NCBI RefSeq assembly: GCF_035084215.1
Contig: NC_090369.1
Span: 1,674,001 to 1,738,000 of the forward strand
Direction: 5' to 3'
DNA from: Heptranchias perlo
Taxonomy: Eukaryota
DNA: 64,000 bases
Shown: positions 61,701 to 64,000 of the stretch, one piece after another
Numbering within the stretch: the stretch's first letter is position 1
How the letters are laid out: the number at the start of each line of letters is the position of its first letter
The notes under the pieces: model-generated
What the model saw: the letters and a program-made list of their open reading frames with translations, nothing else
What the model was told of the DNA's origin: nothing
The model's database searches: none
Translations under genes and position numbers: made by a program

Positions 61701-63800
61701 GAGAATGTACCCAGAGCGTACCCGCACCATCTCCTCTTTAAAGGCTGCCTATTGGTCGATCACTGTTTTGCCTGCCAATCTTTGATTCCAATTTAGCCAG
61801 GCCAGATCCTTTCTCAACCCATTGAAATTGGCCCTCCTCCAATTAAGTATTTTTACTCTAGATTGCTCCTTGTCCTTTTCCATAACTAATCTAAACCTAA
61901 TGATACTATGATCGCTGTTCTCTAAATGTTCCCTCACTGACACTTACTCCACTTGACCCACCTCATTCCCCAGAACTAGATCCAGCAATCCAGATGCATT
62001 TAAGGGGAAGCTAGGTAAGTACATGAGGGAGAAAGGAATAGAAGGATATGCTGATAGGGTGAGATGGAGTAAGAACATAAGAACATAAGAAATAGGAGCA
62101 GGAGTAGGCCAATCGGCCCCTCGAGCCTGCTCCGCCATTCAATAAGATCATGGCTGACCTGATCCTAACCTCAAATCTAAATTCATGTCCAATTTCCTGC
62201 CCGCTCCCCGTAACCCCTAATTCCCTTTACTTCTAGGAAACTGTCGATTTCTGTTTTAAATTTATTTAATGATGTAGCTTCCACAGCTTCCTGGGGCAGC
62301 AAATTCCACAGACCTACTACCCTCTGAGTGAAGAAGTTTCTCCTCATCTCAGTTTTGAAAGAGCAGCCCCTTATTCTAAGATTATGCCCCCTAGTTCTAG
62401 TTTCACCCATCCTTGGGAACATCCTTACCGCATCCACCTGATCAAGCCCCTTCACAATCTTATATGTTTCAATAAGATCGCCTCTCATTCTTCTGAACTC
62501 CAATGAGTAGAGTCCCAATCTACTCAACCTCTCCTCATATGTTCGCCCCCTCATCCCCGGGATTAACCGAGTGAACCTTCTTTGTACTGCCTCGAGAGCA
62601 AGTATGTCTTTTCTTAAGTATGGAGACCAAAACTGTATGCAGTATTCCAGGTGCGGTCTCACCAATACCTTATATAACTGCAGCAATACCTCCCTGTTTT
62701 TATATTCTATCCCCCTAGCAATAAAAGCCAACATTCCGTTGGCCTTCTTGATCACCTGCTGCACCTGCATACTAACTTTTTGATTTTCTTGCACTCGGAC
62801 CCCCCAGATCCCTTTGTACTGCAGTACTTTCCAGTTTGTCGCCATTAAGATAATAACTTGCTCTCTGATTTTTCCTGCCAAAGTGCATTTTCCAATATTG
62901 TATTGTATCTGCCAAATCTCCGCCCACTCACCCAGCCTGTCTATATCCCCCTGTAGGTTTTTTATGTCCTCCTCACTCTCCACTTTCCCTCCCATCTTTG
63001 TATCATCTGCAAACTTTGATATGTTACACTCGGTCCCCTCCTCTAAATCGTTAATATAGATTGTAAAGAGTTGGGGACCCAGCACCGACCCCTGCGGAAC
63101 ACCACTGGCTACTGGTTGCCAGTCCGAGAATGAACCATTTATCCCAACTCTCTGCTTCCTGTTAGATAACCAATCCTCCACCCATGCCAGAATATTACCC
63201 CCAATCCAGTGATTCTTTATCTTGAGCAATAATCTTCTATGTGGCACCTTGTCGAATGCCTTCTGGAAGTCTAAATACACTACGTCCACTGGTTCCCCTT
63301 TATGCACCCTGTACGTTATGTCCTCAAAGAACTCAAGCAAATTTGTCAGACATGACTTCCCCTTCGTAAAGCCATGCTGACTTTGTCCTATTAAATTATG
63401 TTTATCCAAATGTTCCGCTACTGTCTCCTTAATAATAGACTCCAAAATTTTACCCACCACAGATGTTAGGCTAACTGGTCTATAATTTCCAGTAGGTTGG
63501 GAGGAGGCTCATGTGGAGCATAAACACCGGCATAGATCAGTTGGGCCGAATGGCCCGTTTCTGTGCTGTAAATTCTATGTAATCTATGCTGAAACTTACA
63601 AAGGATAGCACATGTCAGATCTTGGATTTAACACGGACAATGGCCCTTGAAATGAACAGAACATATTTACAAATGTTGAGTACTGTTACCATGATGCTTC
63701 CCACGAATGATGCCTCCGGCCACAGCAGTGACGATTCCGGCTATTCCAATCAGTATCCCAATAATGGCCCCAGCGGTGAGTGAATTCTTACTTTGGTGGT
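55721..63800 (-). CDS. WB: MHC W-category beta chain (WB-3), 3' part only (TM and cytoplasmic exons); the 5' exons lie beyond the window
   Basis: TM exon 63800-63690 (HQSKNSLTAGAIIGILIGIAGIVTAVAGGIIRGKHH) is homologous to the WB-2 TM; exons 57299-57270 (GCQSRITTPT), 57160-57071 (VVFIKDQQQRKSNRSQVSMQSNASASSANS) and 55749-55721 (GDGLTKHVG*) parallel WB-1 exons 5-7 in phase and closely in size. Confidence 0.75.
56455..56712 (+). mobile_element. LINE/SINE 3'-tail fragment (HE1/CR1-related)
   Basis: GGGTCAAAATCCTGGAACTCCC...GGGCAATAAATGCCGGCC tail; family assignment is from memory. Confidence 0.45.
58745..61988 (-). mobile_element. CR1 LINE ORF2 fragment, interrupted by a second CR1
   Basis: ORFs 58955..59587, 60559..60864, 60906..61196, 61233..61514 and 61749..61943 give continuous CR1 ORF2 once 59525-60608 is removed. 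Confidence 0.9.
59525..60608 (+). mobile_element. CR1 LINE 3' fragment nested in opposite orientation
   Basis: ORFs 59599..59817 (SGVPQGS.LGP.LF..KFADDTK) and 59784..60473. Confidence 0.92.
62071..63494 (-). mobile_element. Young CR1 LINE (425-aa RT ORF) with (TTCTTATG)n tail, inserted into an older plus-strand CR1 3'UTR (61990-63590)
   Basis: ORF 62183..63460; tail AAGAACATAAGAACATAAG; flanks read GATGGAGTA and AGTAGGTTGGGAGG, giving a short AGTA duplication. Confidence 0.92.
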
Positions 63801-64000
63801 CTTGCAGGGGGTGGGGGGAGGGCAGAAAGTTGTAAACAGAGAATGAAAATAAAATAGTAAAATGACTTGCATTGAACTACAATAAAACTCTATTATCCAC
63901 ACTCCCTTTCTCCGTACCTTTCCCACTTTCTAGTCAGTGGTTTTGCATGATGAAACCTTGCATGAGACGTCATCTCACTGCGTGGCCTCACTCATCCTAA

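Noticed and set aside
63586-63783. Plus-strand 65-aa ORF ending in a GTGAGT donor-like site
   Set aside because: It is the antisense of the WB-3 TM exon.

Overview
Vertebrate genomic DNA, very probably a shark or other cartilaginous fish (inferred from the CR1/L2/Penelope LINEs, Deu-type and MER131-like SINEs, and the 63-bp minisatellite). Splicing exons by hand (GT-AG, phase-1 junctions) gives a cluster of five MHC-like genes: WA-1(-) and WB-1(+) head-to-head, WB-2(-) and WA-2(+) head-to-head, and the 3' half of a third beta gene, WB-3(-), which runs off the right edge. The four complete genes have class II architecture (leader, one membrane-distal domain, one C1-Ig domain, Gly-patterned TM). 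The alpha-2 domains are beta2-microglobulin-like and the beta chains carry class I alpha2/alpha3 motifs. This matches the MHC 'W-category' (WA/WB) reported in 2021, so the family itself is known. The numbering -1/-2/-3 is mine. Features that may be new: a ~590-bp array of heat-shock-element-like 10-mers in the bidirectional promoter of pair 2; a beta-1 domain with no cysteines; matched interface substitutions in pair 1; class I-like multi-exon Ser-rich tails, remodelled in WB-2; and a 2.8-kb minisatellite that expanded inside a SINE. Exon models and family names come from reading the sequence by eye, without alignment tools, so repeat boundaries are approximate.
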